Source: Blepharisma stoltei ATCC 30299
Lineage: Eukaryota; Protista; Ciliophora
DNA length: 64,000 nucleotides
Assembly (NCBI GenBank): GCA_965603825.1
Contig: CBFDEM010000021.1
Span: forward strand, 806,001 to 870,000
Reading direction: 5' to 3'
In this document: positions 39,674 to 54,192 of the stretch, piece after piece
Numbering within the stretch: the stretch's first letter is position 1
Layout: every line of letters starts with the position of its first letter
Program-made: the position numbers and the translations under genes
Notes under the pieces: model-generated
Databases searched by the model: none
What the model saw: the letters and a program-made list of their open reading frames with translations, nothing else
What the model was told of the DNA's origin: nothing

Positions 39674-42600
39674 ATGTGGACTTTAGAGCAGATTATCAAA
39701 CTTCTACTCATAGGATTCGTCAACCTATCTATTTGTACAGAGATTCTCATCATCCAAGATATTAAAGAGATCAAAAATGCTGAATGAAATGAAACAGCTT
39801 TAATAGATTTTCTTCAAAATTCTAATAGCCAATTTGAATGGCACATTTGCCCATACAAGCCAACCTTTGACTGCATTGAAAAATATCCAAAAGCTTATAT
39901 AATACTTGACTTATCTCATGAATTAAAATATTGGGACCACATTTCTCTAGTAATTGCAAAATATTCTGATTAAAAAATCATGCACCTCAGCTTATAATTT
40001 CCGAATTATGCAAAGAATGAAAAAAAGTTCACTTAGTAATCCAAGAAGATTTCAAATATTACGATGATTGAACTTATTCGGTCATTTCATCAAAAAATAG
40101 CCGATTAAATGCATTTTTTGCGCTATTAAAATACTATAGTTGAAGCGAAGAGATTCTATTCACTAATCAGCTCGATGAAGACCTTTATAATAATTTTACG
40201 ACAGAATTTGAAATTTTTAAAATTCAATCAGAGACCAATCTTGAAAATTTAATAATGAGAGCTATCCCTTCCTTAGGATCAACCCTTTACTATATTTTTA
40301 CGGGGAGGCATGAATCCATTTTCATCCAACAGTACTTAAGGAATGCCAATTTATTGACACTTGGGAATGGCATAGTTTTAAATCAAAAAAGCGGATATCA
40401 ATTTCCATCCGAAAGGGCTTTAATTATTACTGACTTCTGGAATGAAGACGCTGATTGCGAAGAAAAATATTTGGTGTTTTCCATTTTAAATTTACTATTA
40501 GAAATCACCCAAGGTACTGAAAATTCTGTCGCAGTAATTTCAAAACTTCAAAAAACCCGAAAATCTCACTACTCCCAAAATAAATTTTCTGTTATTAATA
40601 TACAAGATAGTCGAAGAGTAATAATTGGGTCAATTATTGATGGGCAGGTTCTTTTGCATAATAAAACTATATTTCCAGGAAAAACAACAGAAATTCCAAA
40701 GTCCTTCAAAAAAATCCTAAATCTCAGTATTGAAGGGGGAACAACTAATCCGAATTATTCCCCATCAACTATAGGCTATTTGGCAGCAAGAGGCTCATAT
40801 TTAGCTGTAGACTATATCAATGCAGGCAATTCCGGAATGCTTCAAAATTTTCAGCTAAAAATGTTTAACTTTGACTGTGGGGTTTCTATATACAATGAAA
40901 CCTTCGCCAAAGCTTGCTTTAAAAAAAATTATAATGATCTTGGGTTAGCCCATATTGTAAATTATGCATCTCCAATGGTTCTTGGAGTTTTAAAACTATT
41001 CAAGTCTTTAAACTGGACTCTCCCTATGGCTGGATCCAATGCAGATTCTTCTCTTAGTTCGACTGCTGTATATCCATTTTATTAAAGAATTTGGCCATCG
41101 TCTTCTGTTACATATACACTAATTCCTGTTTTATTTAAATCTCTCGGGTGGGCAAAAGCAGCAGTTTTATATCAAAATGACAGCTGGGGCAAAGGAGGCT
41201 ATAATTATTTTACTATAGGAGCAGGCAGTCATAATATGGAAATAGTCAACCCTGAAGAATCGAGGGTTATTCCAGCTGGACTTGACAGGGATGCAATAAA
41301 AAAATATCATTATATAATACAAGGGATTATAGACTCACAAGCAAGGCTGATTATTTTTGTAATTCAGGTTCCATTATTCCTATATGTACTAGAGACGTTT
41401 TATGATTTAGGGATGAGGAGGGGTGATTTATTGATATATACTGCTGTGTCAGATACTTTATCAAGTATTTTGGTAAAAGATGATTATCTATATAAAAGGC
41501 TAGAATTAGGAGTTCCTATGATAACAACCATGCCTGAACAATGAGTAGGGCAATTTGGTCAAGGAGTTTATTCAAAAATGCTGCAGCTCTACAATAACTC
41601 TGCTCCAAGCTCATTTTCGTGCCATTATTTTGATCTAGTTTATCTAATAAGCATGCTCTTGATTTTATGATAAACCGAGGTCAAGATTATACAAATCCTT
41701 ATAAGCTAGAAAGTGTTATAAGAAATACACAGTTTATAGGCTGTTCTGGAAGTGTAATGATAGAAAAAGGGACTAATGATAGATCAATGACAGTTTTAGA
41801 TGCTCAAGCGTCTAAATTTGATATAGATGGGAATGTAATAAGATATCCAGTAGGCAAAATAAAACCTGCTAGCACTCAAATTTTGTTTATAAAATCCCCC
41901 TTAGTTTATCCTAACAGAACAACTATAAAGCCAGACGACTTAAGAAATCAAGATAGTGAGTGCCCTTTTCCAGATAGCGAAGCCAAAACGTTTATTAAAG
42001 GAAAAGTTCTTGTTTTTTGTATTTGCTTTGCTATTGCTCTAATTTCAATAATCTTGACATATTTATATGAAAAAAATGATGGAATATCCCTATAGAAAAA
42101 CTTACAGAAAAGCAAGAAATTTCTTTTGAAGATGCAATTGTTGGAATTTCAATAGCAATTGAATTTTTCCAGTATGCTTCAATGGGGCCTGATATATCAT
42201 ATTTAAACTCGACTCTCGGAAAAATCAGCAATTTGTTAGCTTTGGAGCTGAAAAATATTATAGACTTCAGAAATGGAATATTTTGAATAATTGTTGATGC
42301 TGTTTATGGGTTAATAGCTTTATGAGTTTCAATGAGTGCTGTAATCATTTTTCGACTGGATGAAAAATATTCAAGATTTTTCCTGTTCAGACTTATCGAT
42401 TGGCTTGCTGATTTCATGATGCCTATTTTAGGAAGTTTATGCTTTATTCCTTTTGTGCCAATTTGTCTTGATATCTTTGTTTGTGATCATTCAATAGGGG
42501 ACAACTTCACAGATAGTTTTCTATCTTATGACTGCTATTATTTTTGCTGGAAAGATGAGCATTTAATATATGCAATTTTGTCATTTTTTGCTTTATTGTG

Positions 42601-43141
42601 CTATGAGCCACTTGCAGTATTTTGTAGGCCACTTTGGCAAGAATTACAACCTATGTTGCATGTAAAGTCTTCTCCATATTTTTTGATGGTAAAAACAGTT
42701 ATTCAAGTGTTACTAATTGCGATGAATAAAACAGTAAGAAGAGCACAAGACATAACTCATAGAATTTTATTTATTTTCGTTATGATTTTTTATGTTGTTT
42801 TTCTTTTAAAGTTTAAACCTTATAACTATCCAAGATTCAATTTATGGCAAAACTTAAGCTTAATAGGTGTTGTATGGCTAGCAATTCTATCAACAATAGC
42901 ATTGGGAGTGAAAGTAAACTCCATAATACTAACAATTTTATTGTTTATTGGATGGCTGATTATAGTATTATATGGGTTATATATTCAAAAGAAAAAATAC
43001 CCTAGCTTATTATTTAGAAAGAAGCATCATGATATTACAAGCTTATTCAAATTTGCTTTCACTTTTGGCAAGCACTCTCATAAAGCATTGAATAAAATTA
43101 TTCCCTCAAGTAATTCATTAGAGCGCCAGGATAAAAATTAA
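39674..43141 (+). pseudogene. R7: receptor-like paralog, subfamily C, pseudogene
   Basis: ATG 39674 (MWTL, the same start as R9). Four lesions: a ~47-62 bp frameshifting insertion at 39916-39982; TAA at 41083 where paralogs have Gln (WYQRVWP); 1-nt deletions at ~41650 (YLIGHALD motif) and ~42065. Ancestral stop TAA 43139-43141. Confidence 0.83.
39922..39981. mobile_element. Short insertion in R7 (IES-like or transposon footprint/filler)
   Basis: Absent from the paralogs. Flanked by nested direct repeats ATTAAAA (39922 and 39969, 47 bp apart) and TCATG (39916 and 39978, 62 bp apart). Best codon alignment implies 56 bp. All three lengths restore the frame. Confidence 0.55.
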
Positions 43142-43472
43142 TGAATAGATAATGAATTTTTATCTCGTTAAATTATTTTTAAACCATAAATTATGAGATA
43201 TAAATACTTTTTTTTAAAAAAATAGCTTTGTAATAAGCTATTATAAATAAAAAAAGGAAAATAAAATATATCAAATTGAAGCACGCTGCAACTAACGCTA
43301 ATTTTACTTGTTTACTTGCTTCATGATATTATACTTAATCTAGGAATTGCATAATATATAATTAATTAAAGAATTTATTAAATATACTGCATTTTTTACA
43401 TTTATCAAGCATTATTACCTTTCTTTGTTTATCTTTATAAAGATATTCTAATTTTTAAGTATTTAAGCTAAA

Positions 43473-46400
43473 TTAATCTGGAACGATTTTTCCCTTTGAA
43501 AATGCTGTAGTTTTTCTGAAATTAAAAGCAAATTTGAACAAAGTTGATGTATCTTTTGCACTTTTTCTATATAAAAAGCTCGGATATTTTTTCTTTTGAA
43601 TATACAGTCCCACCATCCCAATCGAAAACCATCCCAAAATTAAAACTACTAACAACGCAGCAAAATCATGCTTTATCAATATTGAAATTGTAGAGATAAA
43701 GGCTAGCCATGCAACTCCAATTAAAATTAACCCTTGCCACCAACTAAATCTTCCGTAGTTGTAAGGCTTGAATTTGAATGTAAAAATAGTGTAAATAATT
43801 AAGGCTACTAAAAATATGCACCCATGAGCTATGTCTTGAGATCTTTTTATTGTTTTATTCATGACAATCAATGTAATCTGAAATATAGTTTTCACCATCA
43901 AATAAACTGGGCTTGCTTTTACATGCAGCATTGATTGCAGTTCCTGCCAAAGTGGCCTACAGAAAATAGCTAAAGGCACATATAAAAATAAAGCTAAAAA
44001 TGAAAGTATAGCATATACCAAATGTTCACTTTTCCAACAGAAATAATAGCAATCTCTAGCAAGAAAGCTCTCTGTAAAGTTATCTCCAATTGATTGATCG
44101 CATAAGAAAATATCAAGACAAATTGATATAAAAGGAATAAAGCATAAATTCCCAAGAATTGGCATCAAATAATCAGCAAGCCATGATAAAAATCTAAAAA
44201 CAGAAATAACTCTTCATTTTTCATCAAGTCGTAGCAAAACAACAGCACAAAGAACACCCCACAATACAATTCCACCAAAAGTTATATCTACCACAATCCA
44301 AAACACCCCGTTTTCTAATTTTATTATATCATCCAAATCTAATGACAATGCATCAGAAAATTTTGCAAAAATAGAGCTTAAAAGAGAAATATCTGGCCCC
44401 ATAGATGCATATTGGAAAAATTCTACTATTATTGATACCCCTACAATAGTATCTTGCACAGAAATTTCTTCTTTCTGTTTAAGCTGCTCAATTGATATAT
44501 TCCACCATTTTTTCCATATAAATACAGTAATGAAAATAGTAATAAGCGCCACAAAAAAGCAAATCCCAAACAGAAGTCCTCTGCCTTTTTCAAAAGTTTT
44601 TATTTTTTTATCAGGAAATGGACATTTACTATTTTGATTTCTTAAATCGCTAGGCTTTACATTCGTCCCATCAGGATATACAATAGGGTTTTCTATCGTC
44701 AAAATTTGTAAGGAAAAAGGCTTTAACTGTCCAATCACTTCTGTATAAATGCTTCCAGTGCTATCAATGCCATTGCCTTCTATGTCATAAGATTCTGCTA
44801 TACGGTCATTATTATCAGGTTCAGTTGCTATTGTCCCTGTGCAGCCTACAAATTTCTGAATTCTTATGACTGCTTCTAGCTTATAAGGATCAGTGTAATC
44901 TTGGCCTCTATTTATCATGTAATCTAAAGCATGGGCCATTTGATAAGCGCCATCATAATATGGACAGGTATACACTAATGGGTTTTCTTTATGAATTTCT
45001 ATAACTCTTTGTTTGGTTCTTTGACCAATTTCGCCGACCCAGCTTGATAAAATGAGCCTGAACATAGGAATTCCAAGCTCGAGCCTTTTATATGTATAAG
45101 TATCATTATTTCCTATATAGGTCAGCATATCCAGATAAGTCGCAAAAATAATTAAATCCCCTTTTCTAAGGCCTAAGTCATAAAACATTTCTAATAAAAA
45201 ATTGCACATGGGGTACTGGACAGTTAGAATAAGTAGCCTGGCTTGAGAATCGATAATAGTTTGTATGAGACTTGTGTAGTTCTTTAGCCCTTCTCTATCA
45301 AGATTTGCAGGGATATATCATGAGCTTTCAGGGTTTACTATTTCTAGGCCTTGTTTTTCTATTGCTGGATTTAAATACCAAGACTTAGAAATCGCTCATG
45401 AATCATTTTGATATAAAATTGAAATTTTTTGCCATCCCATAACTTTGACGAGAACTGAAAGCAAAGAAGTTCCATAGGACGCAGAAAACCAAACCCTTGT
45501 AAACATAGGATAATCTTTTGTTACATTGAGCGACGGCTCAGTATTTGAGCAGCCTACCACAGGAAATGCTACATTTAGCTGCTTAAATGTTTTTATTACT
45601 CCAAGAGTTACGCTAGAACTAAACGGGGGAATATGAGCAAGCCCAAATTTGTCAATATCATTTTTATAACAGGTGTAAGCGAATTTTGCATTATAAACTG
45701 TAGACCCACAGTCAAAATTAAAAAATGCAAGCTGAAAATTAGGGATAAGGCCATGGCCTTCATTTATTTCGTTCATTGCTAAATAAGTGCCCCAGGCGCC
45801 AATTACACCACTTAAAGCAGGCAGTGCATTTGGATTTGAAGGCCCAGCGCTCATGCTTACATTCAATATTTTTTTGGTTGATTTTGGAATAGTTGCTGAG
45901 CTTCCAGGAAAAGTCAAGTTGCCTTCTAGAATAAGGCTATTATTTAAAATTGACCCAACAATTATTCTTTCTCCTTTCTGTATATTAACTAAAGAGAACC
46001 TGCAATTATTTTGGCTGTTTTTTAATATTGAACGAATTTCTTGCCTTGTTTCTTTTGAATTTTGACTTAAAATGTATGAAATGGTATTTATAATAGAATT
46101 TTTCATAAATTCCTCTACTGAAACTACAAGTTCTTGTCCAAATTCAGTGACAATTAAAGAACCATCAATATTGCACTGATAACCACTTTCTTGGTCCAAA
46201 ATAATTCCATTCCCAGCTGTTAAAAGTTTTGAATTTTTTAAGCCATTTTGAATTTCTAGAGATTCTGTAGCACTAGTAAGTATAGAGTAAACAGTAGCGC
46301 CTTGTCTCACTACAACTTTATATACAAGCTCTTCGATACTTGTTTCTGATTCGACAGTCAAAAAATTAAATTCTGATGAATAATAACTTGTAATAATTTC

Positions 46401-46865
46401 TTTTATATCATAATTTTTCTTATTAATAAATCCAACTCCTTGAGTCCAATTCAAGTATTTTAAAACTGATGTAAAAGCTTGTACCTGTTTTTCTTTTGTT
46501 GAAGTGACGGAAAAAGTCCACTCATCATCAAATTTCATGCTGCTTTGAAGTACCAAATGGATGATCATGTAGCTTCGGCACAACTGGGAAATTGAATTTT
46601 GGATGTCAAGCTCACTTGATAAGTCTAGCAGGATTGAGGAATTTGGAAAATTGCTTAGACATAGAGAGAGGTCTGGGATGCTGCAGGGATGTCAATCCAC
46701 AAATGAGGTCAGTGACTGAGTGGCTTGGAGAATTGATGTTTCATTATAAGCGTCAGAAATTAAGTCCCTATCATGAGAGTAGGCAACTATGATTTCTAAC
46801 GAGGCTGATAAGCCCGATATAATACATAGTAGCGCGAGATTCCAAAAAGATTGATGAAGGCACAT
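43473..46865 (-). CDS. R8: receptor-like paralog, subfamily D, 1130 aa
   Basis: ATG 46865 (MCLHQSFWNLALLCIISGLSASLEIIVAY); track ORFs starting 46583, 45209 and 44168 are in frame; stop TAA 43473-43475. Confidence 0.88.
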
Positions 46866-47499
46866 CTTAGATAAGATTTTATGTATAATAAATAAAAAAA
46901 AACTGCTGATCTGGACTTAGGATCAGCTAAGAAATAGGTTTAAATTTTTTAGGCTTTTTATACATTTATCTTAATTCACGACTATTCAAAGCTATCTGAC
47001 TTGATATTTTTAAAAGAAGTCAACTAAAATACTTCCCTTTATACTACTTATTTGTTATAATGCCTAAATCCAGAAAAGTGGAACTAATCAATTAGCAAAT
47101 AATATCAATAAAACAAATTTAGTTGTAAATATTAATAACTACAGAATACAAAAAAGTCTTAATTATTTGAGTTAAAAACAAAATAGTTACTTCTTATAAA
47201 AAATCAAGGTTTATTCATAAAAATCTATTTTACACTGAAGAATTTATAAAAGGAAAATTTTATTTAAAAATTTGTAACGGCATAGAAGTTTCTTTTATTG
47301 TATTTGTTTGATTATTTGTTCATTTTTGAAAATTAAAATGAAAAATAAAAAATAGTAATTATATATAGTTTGACTGAGTCCAAAATATGCCTTTATCGTT
47401 TTTTGTGACTTAGAAAGAAAAAGAGAAAGGGTAAGCGCATTACGTTATCTAAATGCGATGCTAGCCACAATGGCTAAGCACGGAAATAGCTCCATTGAC

Positions 47500-48730
47500 C
47501 AGCTAGAATATCATAAACTAATAAAATCATTACTTCTGTGTTGATTGTTAACTCGAAATTTACTCAAGACCAATTGAGAAAGAAAAGCTACCTGGGCAGA
47601 TTGGATCGATCGTGATTCATCTCCAATAAAAGTTATTCATTTAAAAAATGATTGAATAAAGGCTGGCTCTATTACGGCGTTATATTGAGAAGGGTATGCA
47701 CTCGCAGCTTTATTTGATTAAATCAAACATTAAAAAGGCTTAGTAAAAATTAAGTATATACATGGGATAAAGCTTCTGTTTACCAAGAGATTAACAAAAA
47801 GCTGAGGACAGTGTACAATAATGATGAATAAATCATTTTTAAAGGCATTTTTTCTATTAAATATTAGCGCCGATATAATTAGGAAAAAATCAAATTGCAG
47901 ATTTTTCTTAGAAAATTTGCCGAAAAAAATTTTTTGACTAGAGAAGTAAAAATGAAGACATAAGCAATAAATTTAATAGGGCTAAAACATAACCCATCTA
48001 ATCTAATAATAGGAAGCCAGAGACCCTAGAATTTGGTGACATAGAATTCTGTTTATTTCGTTAAGATTTCTTAAAATATTTTTTGCTAGAGAATTAATTG
48101 TTAATATGGACGGAATATGAATAGATATTTGAGGTGAATCTCATATCTATCTAATAATACAGATAAACTCCTGCTAAAATTTAAAATTTCAAAACCTTAT
48201 TTAGTGACTTATAATAAAATGTAAAAATTAAAAGGTGAAGACAAGGTCAAATCATTAATTTTGGAAAAAAAGCACCCAGCTTGTAAATCTAAAAAAGAAA
48301 TTCTAGTTTTGGAAGCTTTAAATTGAATAACCGTTATTATCTAAGCAAATTATCGGGTTTTGAAATATGGATAGATGAAAATAAAAGTCAAAAGGACTTT
48401 CTATCCAGAATTTCATTCAACAAAGATAAATAAAATGTAAATTAAGTTTAGAGGGTAAATTTCTATTCTTTGAGATTACTTCTGTCTGGTGCAGATTAGA
48501 GAGGTTCTAAGTGCTGGGGATAGAAGCAGGTCGATGGTTAGTCCAACCCACCTACCGTTATTCAGAGTTGTAATCAAAACTTAGGTCAAGAAATGCAGGA
48601 ATTGAAGAGTTATCTTGAAGTATAGGATGGATTTAAAGTTTTTGTTAAGGTGGAGGAAAACAATGGCATCAATAAGTCTGATTTTTAATTCAAAATTTTA
48701 AATAACTTTGGGTTTAAAGAGTACTTGCAT
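47500..48730 (+). repeat. Dispersed repeat, blocks A (~47500-47812) and B (~48117-48730); second copy at ~59899-60870 in the order B then A
   Basis: Block A: AATCATTACTTCTGTG..GATTGTT..CTCGAAATTTA..CAAGACC..AATTGAGAAAGAAAA and ACTCGCAGCTTTATTTGATT in both places. Block B: ATGAATAGATATTTGAGGT..ACAGATAAA..CTCCTGCT..TTTTGGAAGCTTT..ATAGATGAAAAT in both places. Confidence 0.8.
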
Positions 48731-49620
48731 TGCAATGCATAATTTATTTACTAAAATGAGAGGAAAATTTCTTATAGACGACTTTTTATAATATCTTAAT
48801 AATAAATTCTATTATTATTCTATCAACAGTCATTTTAAGTCTCTACACTTTTGAGCTATATTTATTTTCATTTTATGTAGAGCCATTTGGATATTGAATA
48901 TTTTAGAGACATTTTTGATGAAATTGCAATAATAGGCTTCATTATTCTTTATCTATCTGCAGCTATTATAGTCGCTGCACTATTGCAAATTTGAAAATTG
49001 TTTCTAATATAGATTTCTTAATAATATCACTAAAATTTGGAAATTAGAATTTATAGTTTTTCTGACAAATCATATTATTCTTCATATGTAGATATTTTCC
49101 ATTATTTAATAAACTAGCCACGGAAGATATCTACTTACAGAGGAGACTTTATATAAGACTCATTCCATGATACCCCCAATCAATTCAATAAATTGAGGAA
49201 TTTTTTCCAATATTACAGATTCAAAGGATTTATACCCCAAGAAGAATCATTAGATCTAAGCACAGCATATTAGCACTAATCCTTTAAATTTATATCAAAT
49301 TATAAATTTATAAGCTTTTCTTTTAAATCCTGGTCTTGTCTAGTTTGATTGAGCCCAATAAATTTAAATTGGATGGGAAAGAGACTTTTTCTCCGATTCA
49401 GATTAAAGGGAGGAGCTTAGATTATTATTTCAGTCAAGGTTGGCTTACATTTAAAGTATTTTAAAATATGATAAATAATTTGAGAATTAATTAGGAAGAA
49501 AATTCTAAGGAAAGCTTTATGATTTTTTTCTGCAGAGTAGACACTAATTATAAAAATATTTTATTTTTGGCATGAAATGCGCAATTCTATGTACCCAAAT
49601 AATATATAAAATTTTAATAA

Positions 49621-52600
49621 TTAATCTCTATCATAAATATTTATTTTTTGACGCTCTGACGAGCTGCTTGATGGAGCTATTTTAGTCAAAGCTTTGTGAG
49701 AGGTCTTGCCAAAAGTAAAAGCGAATTTAAATAAGCTTGTTGTATCATGAGGCTTTTTTCTATATAATAAACTTGGATATTTTTTCCTTTGGATATACAA
49801 TCCAAATACTATAATAATAAACCATCCACTAAACAAAAGCACTGTTAAAATTATGGAATTTCCTTTTACGCCTAATGCAATTGTAGATAGAATTGCTTGC
49901 CATGTAACTCCTATTAAACTTAAATTTTGCCATAAACTGAACCTTGAGTAGTTGTAAGGCTTAAATTTGAAAAGGAAAGTAATATAAAAAATCATAATAA
50001 AAATAAATAAAACTCCATGAATAATATTTTGGGCTCTTTTTACTGTTTTATTCATCACAATTAAAGACACTTGGACTATTGTTTTTATCATTAAAAAAGA
50101 AGGAGCAGCTTTTACATGAAGCATCGGCTGCAGTTCTTGCCAAAGCGGTCTGCAAAAAACAGCAAGTGGCTCATAACACAATAAAGCAAAAATCGATAAA
50201 ATTGCATATGCTAAATGCTCATCTTTCCAGCAAAAATAGTAGCAATCATATGACAAAAAACTGTCTGTAAAGCTATTTCCTATTGACTGATCGCACACAA
50301 AAATATCAAGACAAATTGAAATAAAAGGCATAAAGCACAAATTTCCTAAAATCGGCATCAAAAAATCTCCAAACCAGTTTACAAGTCTGAAAACTCAAAA
50401 TTTTGATTTTTCATCTAATCGAAAAATAATGACTACGCACATAAAAGTCCAAAGCATTATCAGTCCATACACAGCATCAACGATTACTCAAAACACCCCA
50501 TTTTTGAGTTTTATAATATTTGCTAATTCTAAAGTCAGCGAATTGCTGAATTTTCCTAAAATTGAACTCAAATATGATATATTAGGGCCCATTGAGACAA
50601 ATTGGAAAAATTCAATAGCAATTGTCGCTCCAACTAGGAAATCTTCATAAGAAATTTCTTGCCTTTCTCTGAGTTCTTCTATTGGTATATTCCATCATCT
50701 TTTTCATATAAAATAGATAATAATTATTGATATAAAAGCAATAACAAAGCAAATGCAAAAAACAAGAATTTGTCCTTTAATAAAGGTTTTAACCTCATTA
50801 TCAGAAAAAGGACAGTCATAATTTTGGTTTCTTAAATCGTCTGGCTTATTGGTAGTTCCGTCAGGATAAACAACCGGATTATAAATATACAGAATTTGGG
50901 TACTGACTGGTTTTACCTCTGCTACAAGATATCGGACAACATTTCCATTAATATCAAATTTAGACGCTTGGGCGTCTATAACAGACATAAATCTGTCATT
51001 ACTTTCTTTTTCTAGTACCACACGCCCAGAGCAGCCTATAAATCGGGTATTTCTTATAAATTTTTCTAGTTTATAAGGATTTGTATAGTCTTGGCCTCGG
51101 TTTATCATGTTATCTAGAGCATGCCCTATTAAATAAATTATATCAAAATAATGGCATGAAAATGAGCTTGGAGCAGAATTATTGTAGGTCTGCAACATTT
51201 TTGAGAGAATCCCTTGTCCAAATGTTCCAACCCATTGCTCCCCTAAAAATGTTAGCATAGGGACACCTAGTTCCAATCTTTTATATAGATAATCATCACT
51301 TGTTAAAATACTAGTCAAAATATCAGGAACAGCAGTAAAAATAATTACATCTCCCCTTCTCAACCCTAAATCATAGAAAGCTTCTAATACATACTCCACT
51401 AACGGAAACTGTATAATAAAAATAACTAGTCTTGCTTGAGAGTCTATAACTCCTTGCATAATATATAAATAATTTTTTATTGTATTTCTATCAAGCGCTG
51501 AGGGAATGGCTCTCGACTCTTCTGAATTGACTAATTTTATATCATGATTACTTATCCCAAGCCTTAAATAATAATACCCACCTTGGCCTCAGCTATCATT
51601 TTGATATAAAACTGCTGCTTGTTTAAATCCAAGAGATCGGAGCAAAACAGAGAATAAAGGATAGGTAAATGAAGATGACGGTCAAACCCGTTGAAACCAA
51701 GGATATAGTGCAGTTGAGTTAAAAGCAGGATCTGAACAGGTACCCACAATAGGAAGAGTCCAATTTAAAGATGTGAATAATTTTAAAACTCCAAGGCCCA
51801 CTGGGGAGGCATATGATGGTATATGGGCTAAGCCGAGATTAGCATAATTCTTTATAAAGCAAGGTTTAGCAAAGGTCTCATTATATATAGAAACACCGCA
51901 GTCATAAGTAAACATGTCAAGCTGAAAATTTGGAAGCATTCCAGAGATGCCTGTGTTTATGTAGTCTACAGCTAAAAATGAGCCTCTAGCTGCTAAATAG
52001 CTTATTGAGGAGGAAGAATAATTTGGATTTGTAGTTCCGCCTTCAATACTCAGATTAAGAATTTTTTTTGCAGATTTTGGAATTTCTGAAGTTTTACCAG
52101 GAAAAATGGAATTTTCATATAAAAGAACTTCCGCATCAATAATTGACCCAATTATGACTCTGCTACTGCCTTGTATATTTACAATAGAAAATTTATTTTC
52201 ATGATAGTGAGAATTTCACGTTTTTTGAAGCAATGAAATTGCCTCAATTGAGTTTTCTGTATTTTTGGTAATATCTGATATTATGCTTAAAATTGAGAAT
52301 GATAAATACTTTTCTTCAGAATCAGCATATTCTTGGCCCATATCAGTAATAATTAATGCACCTTCAGCTGGATATTGATACCCACTTTTTTGGTTCAAGA
52401 TCACTCCATTTCCACTAGTCCATAAATTTGCATCTATTAAATATTTTTGAATTAATAGAGATTCAGTAATCTCTGTAAATATATAATAAAGGGTTGACCC
52501 TAAAGCAGGGATAACTCTCATAATTAAATTTTGCATATCTGTTTTTGACTGAATCTTAAAAATTTCAAAATCTGTTGTAAAATTCAAAAATATGTCTTGG

Positions 52601-53049
52601 TTAAGTTCACTTGTAAAAATAATCCCTTTATTTCAGCTGTAATATTTTAACATTGCAAAAAAAGCGGTTAATCGATTAATTTTTGAAGAAATCACAGAGT
52701 AAGTTCAATCATCGAAATATCTGAAATCGTCTTGGACTATTAAATGAGCTTTTTTGTATTCTTTGCATAATTGAGATACTGTAACCTGAGTATTTAATTC
52801 TTGTGATAAATCAAGTAATATAAAAGCATTTGGGTAAGACTCAATGCATTCGTAGGCTGAAATATATGGACAAATGTGCCAGTCAATTTGGCTACTGGAA
52901 TTTTGAAGAAAGTTTATTACCACTGTTTCGTTTCATAGACTGTTTTTGATATCTACATCATCTTTAATGATGATAATTTCTGTGGAAATGGATAGATTAA
53001 TGAAGTTTGCAAAGAATAAAAATTTTGCAAAGGGTGATAAAGTCCACAT
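49621..53049 (-). CDS. R9: receptor-like paralog, subfamily C, 1142 aa
   Basis: ATG 53049 (MWTLSPFAKFLFFANFINLSISTEII); all track fragments are in one frame and the gaps read free of TAA/TAG; stop TAA 49621-49623. Confidence 0.88.
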
Positions 53050-54192
53050 TATTCAAAAATGCTATTTTTTGATTTAATTTGCTTGAAAAACTAAATAGCA
53101 AAAATATGCTTATCGTGAAAATAGTGATAATCTTGGCGAAAATCAAAAACAATTATTGATAGTGATTTTTTACTGGATTTGGAGACATTTATATATAATT
53201 CTTTAGAGTAAAGTAAATAAATAAAATTAAATAGATTTCAGAGGAATATATTGGAAGAAGCTTCTTTAAAATTTAATTGACAAGTATTGACTAATCAGAT
53301 GGCATTACTGGATTTGTAATTTTATATGAAATAATATTTAAGAGAAATAAAAAATTAGAGCTAGACTATAAAAGACGAATTATAACTTTATAACTCTAAA
53401 ATACTCAATAATAAAATTTCAATTCTAATTCTAGAGGAATAATTAATAAAAATTATTTATTAAAGGAATATTTAGTTTTCAATTTTAAGATCCTCTATTG
53501 TTATAATCAATATCAGAATTTTTAAAATAGCTATATATGGTTTTTTTTTATCTTAATTGATTAAGCAAGGAGATTTAATAGGATCTAATCACGTATTAGC
53601 TGATATAAACAGATAACTATATTAAGTGTCAGAAATATTTTTTGATATTTTTGTGCCAAGGCTAAAATATAGCTGAAATGCTACTTCATAGGGTTTGAAT
53701 TTTCTCTTTTTTTAAAGTAATTATTGATAAGTTCGATTCTTTTTTAACTAATGAGAATTTAATTTAAAAAATAGCTTAATTTGCTAAATTATAGATTTCT
53801 TACAAATTTATCTTATTTAAAGGTTATTTATCTTTAAACATTATATTTTTAATAGATGCTCTAATTTCTTCGGATTTTTCCATCTTAATTAATCAAAATC
53901 TCCTCAATAAATTGTTTATATGGCCTGTCCATTCCAGAAATCTTTCTTAAAGAGTAAATATCAGTTTTCCCATATCTCACAGAATATTCTAAAATTTATT
54001 TTATTTTTATTATTTTTCAGCAAAATTATAAAAATAAGCTAATTACAATTTGAAATAAAATTCCGAAAAATAAATCCTAAATGGCACCCAAAATGAGACT
54101 TAAGCTAAGCAGCATAAACTTAGATAAGCTATAATTAAATATTTGTTGACCTTCGGAAGTTTTTTTGTGGATATCTCAACATTTTATTAAGT

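Noticed and set aside
41083-41085. In-frame TAA at a conserved Gln in R7, suggesting UAA=Gln or an ambiguous stop code
   Set aside because: A single case, explained by a CAA>TAA transition in a copy with three other lesions. No intact gene has an internal TAA/TAG and TAA terminates most genes.
49140-49420. Minus-strand SNDSSWGI resembling the receptor ILYxNxSWG motif
   Set aside because: The match is only a few residues and the flanks do not align.
546-50650. Antisense and alternate-frame ORFs in the track (e.g. 546-944, 16325-16651, 18978-19382, 20532-21005, 36360-36683, 45787-46065)
   Set aside because: Shadows of the real genes; their recurrence only mirrors paralogy of the sense strand.
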